A stretch of 64,000 nt of DNA from Candidatus Eiseniibacteriota bacterium. GTDB lineage: Bacteria; Eisenbacteria; RBG-16-71-46. Below the pieces are notes generated by a model, which was given only the letters and a program-made list of their open reading frames with translations, did no database searches and was not told the DNA's origin. The stretch's first letter is position 1, and the number at the start of each line of letters is the position of its first letter. Location of the stretch: positions 384,001 through 448,000 of the forward strand of contig CAVSAC010000014.1 in the NCBI GenBank assembly GCA_963725865.1, in the 5' to 3' direction. Position numbers and translations under genes: made by a program. Of this stretch, positions 21,320 to 30,583 are shown piece after piece.

Positions 21320-22384
21320 TCAGCGTGCGGCCGCCCGCTGCGCCTCGACCGCCGCGCGGAATCCGGTGATCGCGCGGTCGATGCCCGCGTCGTCCACGTC
21401 GAGATGCACGATCGCGCGCAGGCGGCGGGCGCCGAACGCCACCATGCGGACGCCGCGCTCGCTGAGCGCGGCGAGCACCGCGGCCGGATCGAGCGACGGA
21501 TGCTCGAGCGCGACGATCACGATGTTGGTCTCGGGCGTCGCCACCTTCACCCCGGGCACCGCACCGAAACCGCTCGCGAGCCGGCGCGCGCGCGCGTGGT
21601 CCTCCGCCAACCGCTCGACGTGGTGATCGAGCGCGTGCAGGCACGCGGCCGCCAGGATGCCGACCTGCCGCATGCCGCCGCCCCAGCGCTTGCGGGTCCG
21701 GCGCGCGGCGCGCACCACGTCGGCGGGTCCCACGAGGATCGAGCCGATCGGCGCCCCGAGGCCCTTCGAGAAGCACATCATCACGGTGTCCGCGCACGCC
21801 GCCCAGTCGCGGATGGGAATCCCGCTCGCCACGCTCGCGTTCCACAGCCGCGCCCCGTCGAGGTGCACGCGCATGCGGTGCGCGCGCGCCGCGGCCGCCA
21901 GGTCGCGCAGCGTGTCGAGCGGCACGATGACGCCGCCGTGACGGTTGTGCGTGTTCTCGAGGCAGAGCAGCGAGACCCGCGCCACGTGCTCGTCGGCCGC
22001 ATCACGCACCGCGGCGTCGATCTCCGCCGCGTCGAACGTCCCGTGCACGCCCCGCACCGGGTGTGCGAGGCAGCCGGAGTTCGCCGCGATGCCACCCTGC
22101 TCGTACAGCAGGATGTGCGCCTCGGCCTCCAGCACCACTTCGTCACCCGGGCGTGTCAGCGCGTTCACCGCGAGCTGATTGCCCATGGTGCCGCTCGGCA
22201 CGTACAGCGCGGAATCCTTGCCCGCGAGCTCCGCGACGCGGCGCTCGAGCGCCTGGACGGTGGGATCGTCCCCGAACACGTCGTCCCCCACCACGGCCTC
22301 GGCCATCGCGCGTCGCATCGCGGCGGTCGGGCGTGTGACGGTGTCGCTGCGCAGATCGACGGCGGGCAGGGTCGTGGAGGACAT
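21320..22384 (-). CDS. ltaE: Low-specificity L-threonine aldolase
   Basis: [47 protein letters not shown]. Confidence 0.93.
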   Translation of the reverse strand: MSSTTLPAVDLRSDTVTRPTAAMRRAMAEAVVGDDVFGDDPTVQALERRVAELAGKDSALYVPSGTMGNQLAVNALTRPGDEVVLEAEAHILLYEQGGIAANSGCLAHPVRGVHGTFDAAEIDAAVRDAADEHVARVSLLCLENTHNRHGGVIVPLDTLRDLAAAARAHRMRVHLDGARLWNASVASGIPIRDWAACADTVMMCFSKGLGAPIGSILVGPADVVRAARRTRKRWGGGMRQVGILAAACLHALDHHVERLAEDHARARRLASGFGAVPGVKVATPETNIVIVALEHPSLDPAAVLAALSERGVRMVAFGARRLRAIVHLDVDDAGIDRAITGFRAAVEAQRAAAR

Positions 22385-22672
22385 GGATCCGACTCCGGAG
22401 GGGGTGAGCGACGACCGAGCAAGGTCCGCGCAGGATACGACATCGGGCGCCGACCGCCGCCGAGCGCCTCGGCGGCTGGACCGAGACTTGACACGAAGCG
22501 CTTCCGGATGCCTTTTCATGGGTGCCGCACGTCTCGTGCGAGCGCGCGCGGCGCGCCCGGAACGATTCCGGGAAACCAGCGGCCGCCGCCCCGCATCCTG
22601 ACGGGCGACGCGCCGTGGACGGCGCTCCGCCCGGATCTCCCGGCGGAAGAACCACCGAAGGAGTGATGCGAC

Positions 22673-23371
22673 GTGTTCCCCATGTTCGGCTTCGATCCCA
22701 CCTTCCTGCTGCTCATCCCGGCGATGATCTTCGCCATGTGGGCACAGTGGAAGGTCCAGAGCACGTACGCGCGGTATGCCCGGGTGCCCGCCGGCAATGG
22801 GATGACCGGTCGCCAGATGGCGGCGGCGATCATGAACCGCAACGGCGTCAATGACGTGAAGATCGAGCCGGTCGGTGGAACGCTCAGCGACCACTACGAC
22901 CCGCGCTCGAAGACGGTGCGGCTTTCGGAGCCGATCTACGCCGGCGACTCGGTATCGGCGATCGCGGTCGCGGCGCACGAAGTCGGGCACGTGCTCCAGC
23001 ACGCGCAGGGCTACGCGCCGCTGGCGTTGCGCGCGAGCCTGGTGCCGGTCGCGAACTTCGGCAGCATGCTCGCCATGCCGCTGTTCTTCATCGGCTGGTT
23101 CTTCGGTCGTGGCCAGCTCGTGTGGCTCATGGACCTCGGCATCCTGTTCTTCGCGGCCGCAGTGGTGTTCCACCTGGTGACGCTGCCGGTGGAGTTCGAC
23201 GCCTCGAAACGGGCGCTCGCGCAGTTGACGAGCAGCGGCGCGATCGCGCCCGGCGAGGTCGCGGGCGCCAGGAAGGTGCTGAACGCGGCGGCGCTCACCT
23301 ATGTGGCGGCGGCCGCGATGTCGGCGCTGCAGCTGGTGCGGCTGCTGATGCTGCGCGACAGCCGGCGCTGA
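22673..23371 (+). CDS. Membrane zinc metallopeptidase (YugP-like)
   Basis: LSDHYDP, AAHEVGH (HEXXH), [27 protein letters not shown]. Confidence 0.9.
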   Translation: MFPMFGFDPTFLLLIPAMIFAMWAQWKVQSTYARYARVPAGNGMTGRQMAAAIMNRNGVNDVKIEPVGGTLSDHYDPRSKTVRLSEPIYAGDSVSAIAVAAHEVGHVLQHAQGYAPLALRASLVPVANFGSMLAMPLFFIGWFFGRGQLVWLMDLGILFFAAAVVFHLVTLPVEFDASKRALAQLTSSGAIAPGEVAGARKVLNAAALTYVAAAAMSALQLVRLLMLRDSRR

Positions 23372-23394
23372 CGGCGCATCGGCGCCCAACGGGA

Positions 23395-23426
23395 CGGGGC
23401 GGGCTCTCGTGCGAGAGCCCGCCCCG
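23395..23426. terminator. GC-rich hairpin between convergent genes (probable bidirectional terminator)
   Basis: CGGGGCGGGCTCTCG / CGAGAGCCCGCCCCG inverted repeat. Confidence 0.7.
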
Positions 23427-23465
23427 AAGTCGTTGTGCGGCGCGGATCGAGGGGCCGCCCCGCGC

Positions 23466-23744
23466 TCAGCCTTGGGCGACCATGTCCTTCAGTTCCTTGG
23501 ACACCTTGAACACCGGGACCTTGCGCGCCGCGACCGGCACGGCTTCGCCCGTCCGCGGGTTGCGAGCGATGCGAGGCTTGCGGTCCTTCACGCGGAAGGT
23601 CCCGAAGCCGCGGATCTCGATGTGGTGGCCGTTCGCGAGCGCCTTGGCGACCGCGGATAGGAACGAGTCGACGGTCTCGGCGACGTCCTTCTTGGTCAAA
23701 CCCGTACGCTCTGCGATCTGGTCCACGATATCGGCTTTGGTCAT
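23466..23744 (-). CDS. hup: HU/IHF-family DNA-binding protein
   Basis: MTKADIV...IRGFGTF...ARNPRTGE...FKVSKELK. Confidence 0.93.
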   Translation of the reverse strand: MTKADIVDQIAERTGLTKKDVAETVDSFLSAVAKALANGHHIEIRGFGTFRVKDRKPRIARNPRTGEAVPVAARKVPVFKVSKELKDMVAQG

Positions 23745-23810
23745 TCCATCCTCCTCGAGCCGGCGGCCTGGGGTTCCCGCCCTGGTCGATACCCCGGCGA
23801 AGTCGACGGC

Positions 23811-23840
23811 AGGCTAGCAAGCCACACGAAGGCGTGTCAA
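23811..23840 (-). promoter_or_regulatory. sigma70 promoter TTGACA-N18-TAGCCT (with extended TG)
   Basis: Direct reading upstream of the HU gene. Confidence 0.7.
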
Positions 23841-23871
23841 TGCCTTCATGGACAAGGCCTTGGGCCGTTCC

Positions 23872-24831
23872 TTACCGCCCCCCGCCCTCTTCCGGGCCCG
23901 CGCCGAGTGCGCGCCGGCGGGCCGCTTCGATGGGATGAGCCTGCGCACGCGCCTGAGCGGCCCGCATGCGAGGCCGGCCTGCGGCGTCCTCCGCGCGCCA
24001 TTCGCTGGCGAACGCGCCGCTACGGATCTCGGCCAGGATCTCCCGCATGGCGGAACGCGCGGCCGGGCCGATCACGCGCGGACCGCGGGTGAGATCGCCG
24101 TAGAGCGCGGTGCCGCTGATGCCCTCGCGCATGCCGCTGACGCCGCGCGCGTGCAGCGCCTCGGCGAGGTAACGCAACTGGTGGACGCACTCGAGGTAGG
24201 CGACCTCGGGCGCGTAGCCGGCCTCGACCAGGGTCTCGAACGCCGCCGTCACCAGTGCGTTCATGCCGCCGCACAGCACGGTCTGCTCGCCGAAGAGGTC
24301 GACCTCGGTCTCCTCGCGCACCGTCGTGCTCCAGGTGGGCGCGCATCCGATGCCCGCCGCCCAGGCCGCGGCGAGCGATGCGCCGGTGCCGCTCGCGTCC
24401 TGGTGCACGGCGAGGTAGGCCGGCAGCTTCTCACCGCGCGCGACCGCGGCGCGCAGCACGGCGCCCGGCGCGGTCGGCGCCACCAGCACCACGTCCGCGC
24501 GCGGCGACAGCGCGAGATCGGAGTACAGGAGATTGAATCCGTGCGCGAACACGAACCCCGCGTCCGCGCGCGCCGCGCCGGCGAGGGCTCCCCACGCCGC
24601 GGGCACCGCCTCGTCCGGCAGCAGCACCGCGATCACCTCGGCGTCCCGCGCTGCGATCTCCGGCGGCCGGATCTCGAAGCCGTGCGCGCGAGCGCGCGCC
24701 TCGGCCGCGCGGCCCGGACGCGCGCCGACCAGCACGCGGTGCCCCGCGTCGCGCAGGTTGAGCGCCTGCGCCTCGCCCTGGTGCCCGAAGCCCACGATCG
24801 CCAGCGTCGCGCCCTCGAGTCGTCCGCTCAT
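23872..24831 (-). CDS. ilvC: Ketol-acid reductoisomerase
   Basis: GFGHQGEAQALNLRD, FAHGFN, ETEVDLFGEQTVLCGG, AYLECVH. Confidence 0.9.
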   Translation of the reverse strand: MSGRLEGATLAIVGFGHQGEAQALNLRDAGHRVLVGARPGRAAEARARAHGFEIRPPEIAARDAEVIAVLLPDEAVPAAWGALAGAARADAGFVFAHGFNLLYSDLALSPRADVVLVAPTAPGAVLRAAVARGEKLPAYLAVHQDASGTGASLAAAWAAGIGCAPTWSTTVREETEVDLFGEQTVLCGGMNALVTAAFETLVEAGYAPEVAYLECVHQLRYLAEALHARGVSGMREGISGTALYGDLTRGPRVIGPAARSAMREILAEIRSGAFASEWRAEDAAGRPRMRAAQARAQAHPIEAARRRALGAGPEEGGGR

Positions 24832-24910
24832 CGCTCCGTCCTCCTCGCCCGAACGCGCGACGCCGCGCGACCCGGCTCGGGCCGCGCGGCGCCGGTGGGT
24901 CGTGGTCGCG

Positions 24911-26362
24911 TTACTTCTTGGGCGCGCCCGAGGCAGTCGCCGGGGCGGACCAGTCCGACTTCATCACCAGGTTGCCCGCCTTGAAGTGGAACGCCTGGCC
25001 CTTGGTCCAGTAAAGCCACGTCCGGTAGGTGTCTCGGTCGGCCTTCCATTCGAAGATCTCATCCGGCTTGCCCATCGCCTTGAAGGTGTTGACCTCGGCG
25101 GTCGCTCCGGCGGAGGCCGCCGACTCGGCGTCCGGCAACGCGGTGCCACTGCGCAGCGCGAGGTAGACCATCGCTTCCTCGGTGCTCTTGGACTTGTTGC
25201 CGCCCTTGTCGTACGCGGCGCTGAGCAGCTGATGGAACTCGGCCTTCTTCGGGTTCTTCATCAGCACCTTGTAGACGACCGCGACCGCGTCGTCGAACTT
25301 GCCCTGCTCGATCAGGCTCTTGCCGAGTGCGCGCGGCACGTCGAGATCGTCGGGGTTGATCGACAGCGCGCGGCGGAACTGCGCCTCGGCCTGTGCGGGA
25401 TCGCCGCCGTTCTGGAACGCCACGCCCGCGTTGTACGCCAGGTCGAACTCGCCCGGCCGCACCGCGCCCGCCTTGGACCACGCCTCGCCCGCCGACTTGA
25501 AGAAGCTCTTCTTGTCCGCGTCCGAGACACCGGGCGCCTGTGCCTTCTCGAAGTAGGCATTGCCGAGGCCGAGCTGCAGGTCCGCGTTGGCCGGCTCCGA
25601 CTTGAGCAGGTCATTGAAGAACGTGATGGCCTCGTCGTACTTCTTGTCGTTGATGAGCTGGTTCGCGATGTTCTTGCGCAGGTTCGTCATCGAGGTGAGC
25701 AGCAGGCTGTCGTTCGGCGCCATCTTCAGCCCGGCCTTGAAGGTCGCCTCGGCGTCATCGAAGCGGCCGACATACTGGTACGCCTGGCCCATGCTCAGGT
25801 ACGCGACCGGATCCTCGGGCTTCAGCTGCGTGGCCTTGGTGAACCAGCCGATCGCCTCGCTGTACTTGGCGCGCGTGTCGTTGAACATGCGCACCTCGCT
25901 CGCGTCCTCGCTCTTGGGCTTCAGCCCGATGTCCGGGTACAGCTCGAGGGCCGCCTTCATCAGGTTGATGCCCTTGTTGTAGAAGCCCACCCAGTAGCCC
26001 TGGCGATTGTCCTTCCACTGCTGGAGCTTCTTGTCGCCCTTGGCCGTGAGCCCGTCGAGGCAGCGCTTGAACGCGGCGCCCGATGGCGCGGCGCTGTCGA
26101 GCTCGGCGTAGGCCCAGCCCAGATAGCCCATGGCCTCGTAGTCGTCGGGGTCGCCCTCGGCGCACATCTCGAGCTGCTGGATGGCCTTGTGCATCTGGTT
26201 CAGGTAGTCCTCGGTATTGCCCTTGTCCTTGTCGCGCATGCCGCCCACGACATACTGGATGCCGCCGGCGCAATGCTCGTTGCGGGCCTGAGCGACACCA
26301 CCGAGCGTCACCGCCGTCAGGACGGCCAGCGCCGTTCCGATTGCGAACGCACGACGATTCAC
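24911..26362 (-). CDS. Secreted multi-TPR protein
   Basis: Signal peptide (GGVAQA), repeated TPR helices, GAGGAGG RBS before the GTG. Confidence 0.85.
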   Translation of the reverse strand: MNRRAFAIGTALAVLTAVTLGGVAQARNEHCAGGIQYVVGGMRDKDKGNTEDYLNQMHKAIQQLEMCAEGDPDDYEAMGYLGWAYAELDSAAPSGAAFKRCLDGLTAKGDKKLQQWKDNRQGYWVGFYNKGINLMKAALELYPDIGLKPKSEDASEVRMFNDTRAKYSEAIGWFTKATQLKPEDPVAYLSMGQAYQYVGRFDDAEATFKAGLKMAPNDSLLLTSMTNLRKNIANQLINDKKYDEAITFFNDLLKSEPANADLQLGLGNAYFEKAQAPGVSDADKKSFFKSAGEAWSKAGAVRPGEFDLAYNAGVAFQNGGDPAQAEAQFRRALSINPDDLDVPRALGKSLIEQGKFDDAVAVVYKVLMKNPKKAEFHQLLSAAYDKGGNKSKSTEEAMVYLALRSGTALPDAESAASAGATAEVNTFKAMGKPDEIFEWKADRDTYRTWLYWTKGQAFHFKAGNLVMKSDWSAPATASGAPKK

Positions 26363-26376
26363 GGTCCCCTCCTCCC

Positions 26377-27105
26377 TCACATGAGACGCGTGCCGTTCAC
26401 CGTGAGCCCGTACGCGGCTCCCAGGAACGACGCCGCCTTGCGAGACACCAGTAGGCGCGTCATGAAGATCTCGAAGTACTCCATCACATGAGAGATGCCG
26501 GTGTCCACGGTGAGCTCCAACGTGATCTGCTTGCCGGCCTCGTCCACGTTCAGGAAGGACTTCTGCACCGCGTAGTTCACGCGGTCGTGGATGTCGAACT
26601 TGATCATCTCCGGGTTCCGCACCCGGCTGCGGTGCACGTCGCTCTTGTCGGCGAGGATGAGCGCGGCGCTCACCGCGGTCACCGGATCGCCGTCCGTCTC
26701 GTGATGGTTGCCGATCGCGGAGATCACGGTGATCGTCTCCTCGGTCGGCATCCCCATCTCGGTCAGGATCTGCATCGCCATCACCGCCCCGCTCTGGGCG
26801 TGGTGGTCGCGATTCACGACATTGCCGATATCGTGCAGGTAGCCGGCGATGCGCGCCAACTCCACGTCCCGCTCCGGGTAGCCGAGCCGCTTCAGGATGT
26901 TCCCGGCGATGTTTGCGACCAGTCCCACGTGCCGCTCCCCGTGCTCGGTGTATCCGATCTTCTCGAGCGACTCGTCCGCCTTGCGGATGTGCAGCCGGAC
27001 CCGCGGATGGTCCTTCACCATCTCGAAGGTGATGTGCGCGCCTCCGCCGACGGCCGGCGGCGCCGTGTCCGGCTGGGCATGGTTCGGAGTGTGGTGACGA
27101 GTCAT
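26377..27105 (-). CDS. HD-domain phosphohydrolase
   Basis: YTEHGERH, LHDIGN, GNHHE, LADKSDVHRSRVR. Confidence 0.88.
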   Translation of the reverse strand: MTRHHTPNHAQPDTAPPAVGGGAHITFEMVKDHPRVRLHIRKADESLEKIGYTEHGERHVGLVANIAGNILKRLGYPERDVELARIAGYLHDIGNVVNRDHHAQSGAVMAMQILTEMGMPTEETITVISAIGNHHETDGDPVTAVSAALILADKSDVHRSRVRNPEMIKFDIHDRVNYAVQKSFLNVDEAGKQITLELTVDTGISHVMEYFEIFMTRLLVSRKAASFLGAAYGLTVNGTRLM

Positions 27106-27175
27106 GTCCTCAGCCTTCTAGTGCGGGAAGGATGCCAGAGTCCGGGAGCCGGGCATCGGGACGGCGGGAGCGGCG

Positions 27176-27205
27176 ACTGTAGGTCTGCAATTCGAGATGC
27201 GTCAA
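27176..27205 (-). promoter_or_regulatory. sigma70 promoter TTGACG-N18-TACAGT
   Basis: Direct reading about 70 nt upstream of the HD gene. Confidence 0.6.
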
Positions 27206-27317
27206 GGGCATCGCCTGGACGGGCACGCGCGCCTGTCGAATCCCTGACACGCGCGGCAGCGGCGTCGCTGCGACGCGGTGTGGCGCACCGGAGACGCCTG
27301 CCCGTGCGCGCGGTGCC

Positions 27318-27941
27318 TCAGCGGCGCGGCTGCCGGCGGCGGGCGTTCGCCTCGAGGTACGTCGCAAGCGAATCCGGACGGCCGGGCGGCGCGACCTCGA
27401 AGCGGAGCCTCAGCGCGTCGGCGCCGGTGACCACGTAGGTGAGTCGGAAGCGTGGCGTGCCGGGCGCGGGCTCGCTCACGAACTCGAACGTGTCGCGGGC
27501 CGCCGAGACCCGCGCCGTGTAGTCGATCGCGTGCCCCTCGTTGTCGAGGTACAGCGCGCGCACGCGGCCCGATCCGTCCTCGTGGCGCAGCATCATGAGA
27601 TCGTCGTGGCGGCTGGCGGGTCGCCCCGGCGCAGCCGGGTACTCGGCGAAGCTGCGCCGCACGAGGATGCGCCCCTGCAGATCGAGCGCGAACGAGAACG
27701 CGCCGCTGCCGTGTCCCGGCGCCCCGTCGCCCTCGCCGATCCAGTCGCCCATCAACGGGCGCCACCCCTCCCATGTCGTCGCGGTGGAGTCGCCCGACGC
27801 CGCACGCACGACGTCGGTCCGCCACCCGATCGTCGCCAGCCCCACCACCACGACGGCGACGGCGATCGCGCGCCAGCGACCGCCCGATCCGCTCGGCGCT
27901 TCGCGCCGGGATCCTCGAATGCCCGCGAGCGTGAGTCTCAC
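27318..27941 (-). CDS. Exported beta-barrel (lipocalin/nitrobindin-like) hypothetical protein
   Basis: Hydrophobic N-terminal segment, then LMGDWIGEG...YLDNEGHAIDY...FRLTY. GTG start overlaps the priA stop. Confidence 0.65.
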   Translation of the reverse strand: MRLTLAGIRGSRREAPSGSGGRWRAIAVAVVVVGLATIGWRTDVVRAASGDSTATTWEGWRPLMGDWIGEGDGAPGHGSGAFSFALDLQGRILVRRSFAEYPAAPGRPASRHDDLMMLRHEDGSGRVRALYLDNEGHAIDYTARVSAARDTFEFVSEPAPGTPRFRLTYVVTGADALRLRFEVAPPGRPDSLATYLEANARRRQPRR

Positions 27942-29947
27942 AGCACCTCCACCGGGTCGATGTCCACCACCACCTTGACCGTGCGCTTGTGCCCGTGTTC
28001 CTCGGCCGCCTCCAGCGCCGCCGCGGCGATGGCGCGCAGCCTGGGCGCGCTGCCGCCCTTGAGCAGCAGGTGCCAGCGGTGGCGGCCGCGCAGTCGCGCG
28101 AGCATCTGGGGCGCGGGGCCCAGCACGCGCACGTCCGCCGCAGCGGCCGCCGCCGCGATGGCCTCGCCGACCGCGCTCGCGACGCGCTCCACGTCGGCCT
28201 CGTCGGCGCCGGTGAACAGCACCGCGGCGAGCCGCACGTACGGCGGGTAGCCGGCCTCGCGCCGCGTCGCGAGCTCGCCGTCGACGAACGCCGCGGCGTC
28301 GTGCCGCGCCGCCGACACGACCGCCGGATGCTCCGGCGTGCACGTCTGCACGAACACCTCGCCCGGCGTCTTGCCACGGCCCGCGCGGCCCGAGACCTGG
28401 ACCAGCAGTTGCCAGGTGCGCTCGGCGGCGCGGAAGTCGGGCAGGTGGAGCGCCACGTCGGCGTCCAGCACCCCCACCAGCGTGACACGCGGGAAGTCGA
28501 GCCCCTTCGCGATCATCTGGGTGCCGAGCAGCACGTCGGCCTCGCCGCGCGCGAATGCGCGCAGCACGCGCGCGGGCTCGGCGCGGTCCCGCGCCACGTC
28601 GGTGTCGAGCCGCAGCACGCGCGCCTGCGGGAACACCGTCGCCAGCTCGCGCTCGACCCGCTGCGTGCCCGCGCCGCCGAATCGCAGCAGCGCCGCGTGG
28701 CACTTCGGGCACTGCGCCCCGGCCGGTTCCTGGTGATCGCAATAGTGGCAGCGCCAGACGCGCGGGCTCACGTGCAGCGTCAGCGTGATGTCGCAGTGCG
28801 GGCACTCCGGCACCCACCCGCACGCGCGGCACTGGGTGTGGTGGGAATGGCCGCGGCGATTGAGGAACAGCAGCATCTGCTCGCCGCGCGCGAGCCGCTC
28901 GCCGATGGCGGCGCGGAGCGGACGCGAGAGCAGCGAGCCGCCCTCGCCCTCGCGGCGCAGGTCCACGACCCGCACCTCGGGCAGCCGGCGGCGGTCGATG
29001 CGCTCGGGCATCGCGAGGCGGCGGTACTTGCCGCGGCCGGCGTTGGCGAGCGACTCCAGGCTCGGCGTCGCCGAGCCCAGCACCACCGGGATGCCCAGCA
29101 GTTGCGCGCGCCGCACCGCGACGTCGCGGCCGTGGTAGCGGAGTTGTTCGCTCTGCTTGTAGGCCGGCTCGTGCTCCTCGTCCACCACGATCAGCCTCAG
29201 CGACGGCAGTGGCGCGAACACGGCCGAGCGCGCGCCCACCACCACGTCGAGCGCGCCGCGGCTCGCCAGCTCCCAGTTGCGCCGCCGCTCGCCGACCGAC
29301 AGATACGAGTGCAGCACTCCGACGCGCCCGCCGAAGCGCTGCTCGAACGCCGCCACGACCTGCGAGCCCAGCGCGACCTCGGGCACCAGCACGAGCGTCT
29401 GCCCGCCCGCCTCGCGCGCCGCGCGCGCCGCGCGCAGGTAGACCTCGGTCTTGCCGCTCGCCGTCACGCCGTGGAGCAGCAGCGGCGCGAACGCTTTCGC
29501 CACGACCGCCGCCTCGACCGCGCGCACCGCCGCCGCCTGGGGTGGCGTCATCGTGATGCGCTCCGGCATCGCGAGCCGCATCACGGCGTCCTCGCTCGCG
29601 TGCGCTCGCGCGCGGCTCCGCGCGAAGCCCTCCAGCCCGCCGGGCAGCGTCGCGGCGAGCACCTCGCCGAGCGCCGCGAGGTAGTAGTCCGCGATCCAGC
29701 GCGCCAGCGCCATCAGGTGGGCGGAGATCGGCGCCACGGGCAGCACCGCGCCGAGGTCGAGCAGCCGCGCCGGCGCGTCCGCCGGCGGCTCGGCGAGTAC
29801 CTCGACCACGAACCCGCGCGCGGCACGGTTGCGGAACGGCACCGTGACCTGCACACCCGGTTTCAGGCGGGCGATCAGACTCTCGGGGACGCGGTAGACG
29901 AAGGTGCGCCGCAGCGGGATCGGCAGCGCGACGCGAACGAAGGACAT
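27938..29947 (-). CDS. priA: Primosomal protein N'
   Basis: GVTASGKTEVY, DEEHE, SATPSLES, four CxxC, GTQMIAKGLDFP, GRAGR. Confidence 0.96.
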   Translation of the reverse strand: MSFVRVALPIPLRRTFVYRVPESLIARLKPGVQVTVPFRNRAARGFVVEVLAEPPADAPARLLDLGAVLPVAPISAHLMALARWIADYYLAALGEVLAATLPGGLEGFARSRARAHASEDAVMRLAMPERITMTPPQAAAVRAVEAAVVAKAFAPLLLHGVTASGKTEVYLRAARAAREAGGQTLVLVPEVALGSQVVAAFEQRFGGRVGVLHSYLSVGERRRNWELASRGALDVVVGARSAVFAPLPSLRLIVVDEEHEPAYKQSEQLRYHGRDVAVRRAQLLGIPVVLGSATPSLESLANAGRGKYRRLAMPERIDRRRLPEVRVVDLRREGEGGSLLSRPLRAAIGERLARGEQMLLFLNRRGHSHHTQCRACGWVPECPHCDITLTLHVSPRVWRCHYCDHQEPAGAQCPKCHAALLRFGGAGTQRVERELATVFPQARVLRLDTDVARDRAEPARVLRAFARGEADVLLGTQMIAKGLDFPRVTLVGVLDADVALHLPDFRAAERTWQLLVQVSGRAGRGKTPGEVFVQTCTPEHPAVVSAARHDAAAFVDGELATRREAGYPPYVRLAAVLFTGADEADVERVASAVGEAIAAAAAAADVRVLGPAPQMLARLRGRHRWHLLLKGGSAPRLRAIAAAALEAAEEHGHKRTVKVVVDIDPVEVL

Positions 29948-30098
29948 GCGCGCACTCTACATCAGCCCCGCGCGGCTCAAGGGACGCGCCGCGGCGCGGC
30001 GGGAGCGTCCGGGCTCACGGAGGCGGAGCCTGGTGGAAGCGTCGAGCCGGGTCAGCCCGGTTCGCGCGGGGCGCGGGGTGCCCGCTCCACCGCCGGGC

Positions 30099-30146
30099 AA
30101 CACAAAGCCGGGCCGGCGGCGTGCGTCAGGCACACGCCGGCCCGGC
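30099..30146 (-). terminator. Terminator of the signalling operon
   Basis: GCCGGGCCGGCG...CGCCGGCCCGGC stem followed by TTTGTGTT on the minus strand. Confidence 0.7.
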
Positions 30147-30181
30147 CTCCAGGGACACGTTGCTGCGGTCCGTGTGGAGGC

Positions 30182-30577
30182 CTAGGCCTGCATGCGGTTC
30201 GGGCTGGACTGCCCGAGGATCGCGTTGATGCGTTCGACCAGCTTGCGGGGGCTGAACGGCTTGGTGATGTAGTCGTCCGCTCCCACCTCGAAGCCGATCT
30301 TCTGGTCCACGTTGCGGCCCTTCGCCGACAGCAGGATGACCGGGATCTGCTTGGTGTTGTCGTCCGCCTTCAGCAGCTTGCAGGTCTCGTAGCCGTCCAG
30401 CTTCGGCATCATGATGTCGAGGACGATGAGATCGGGATGCTCCGCTCTCGCCTTCTCGAGTGCCTGTTCGCCGTCCAGCGCGGTCAGGACCTCGTAGCCC
30501 TCCATGCCGAGACTGAAGTCCAGGATGTGCACGATGTAGATCTCATCGTCCACCACCAGGATCTTTCCCTTCGCCAT
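30182..30577 (-). CDS. Single-domain response regulator (REC)
   Basis: ILVVDDE, LDIMMP, LLSAK, ITKPF. Confidence 0.93.
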   Translation of the reverse strand: MAKGKILVVDDEIYIVHILDFSLGMEGYEVLTALDGEQALEKARAEHPDLIVLDIMMPKLDGYETCKLLKADDNTKQIPVILLSAKGRNVDQKIGFEVGADDYITKPFSPRKLVERINAILGQSSPNRMQA

Positions 30578-30583
30578 TGCGAC

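Noticed and set aside
22488..22520. TTGACA upstream of the zinc peptidase as a sigma70 promoter
   Set aside because: No acceptable -10 at 16-18 nt spacing.
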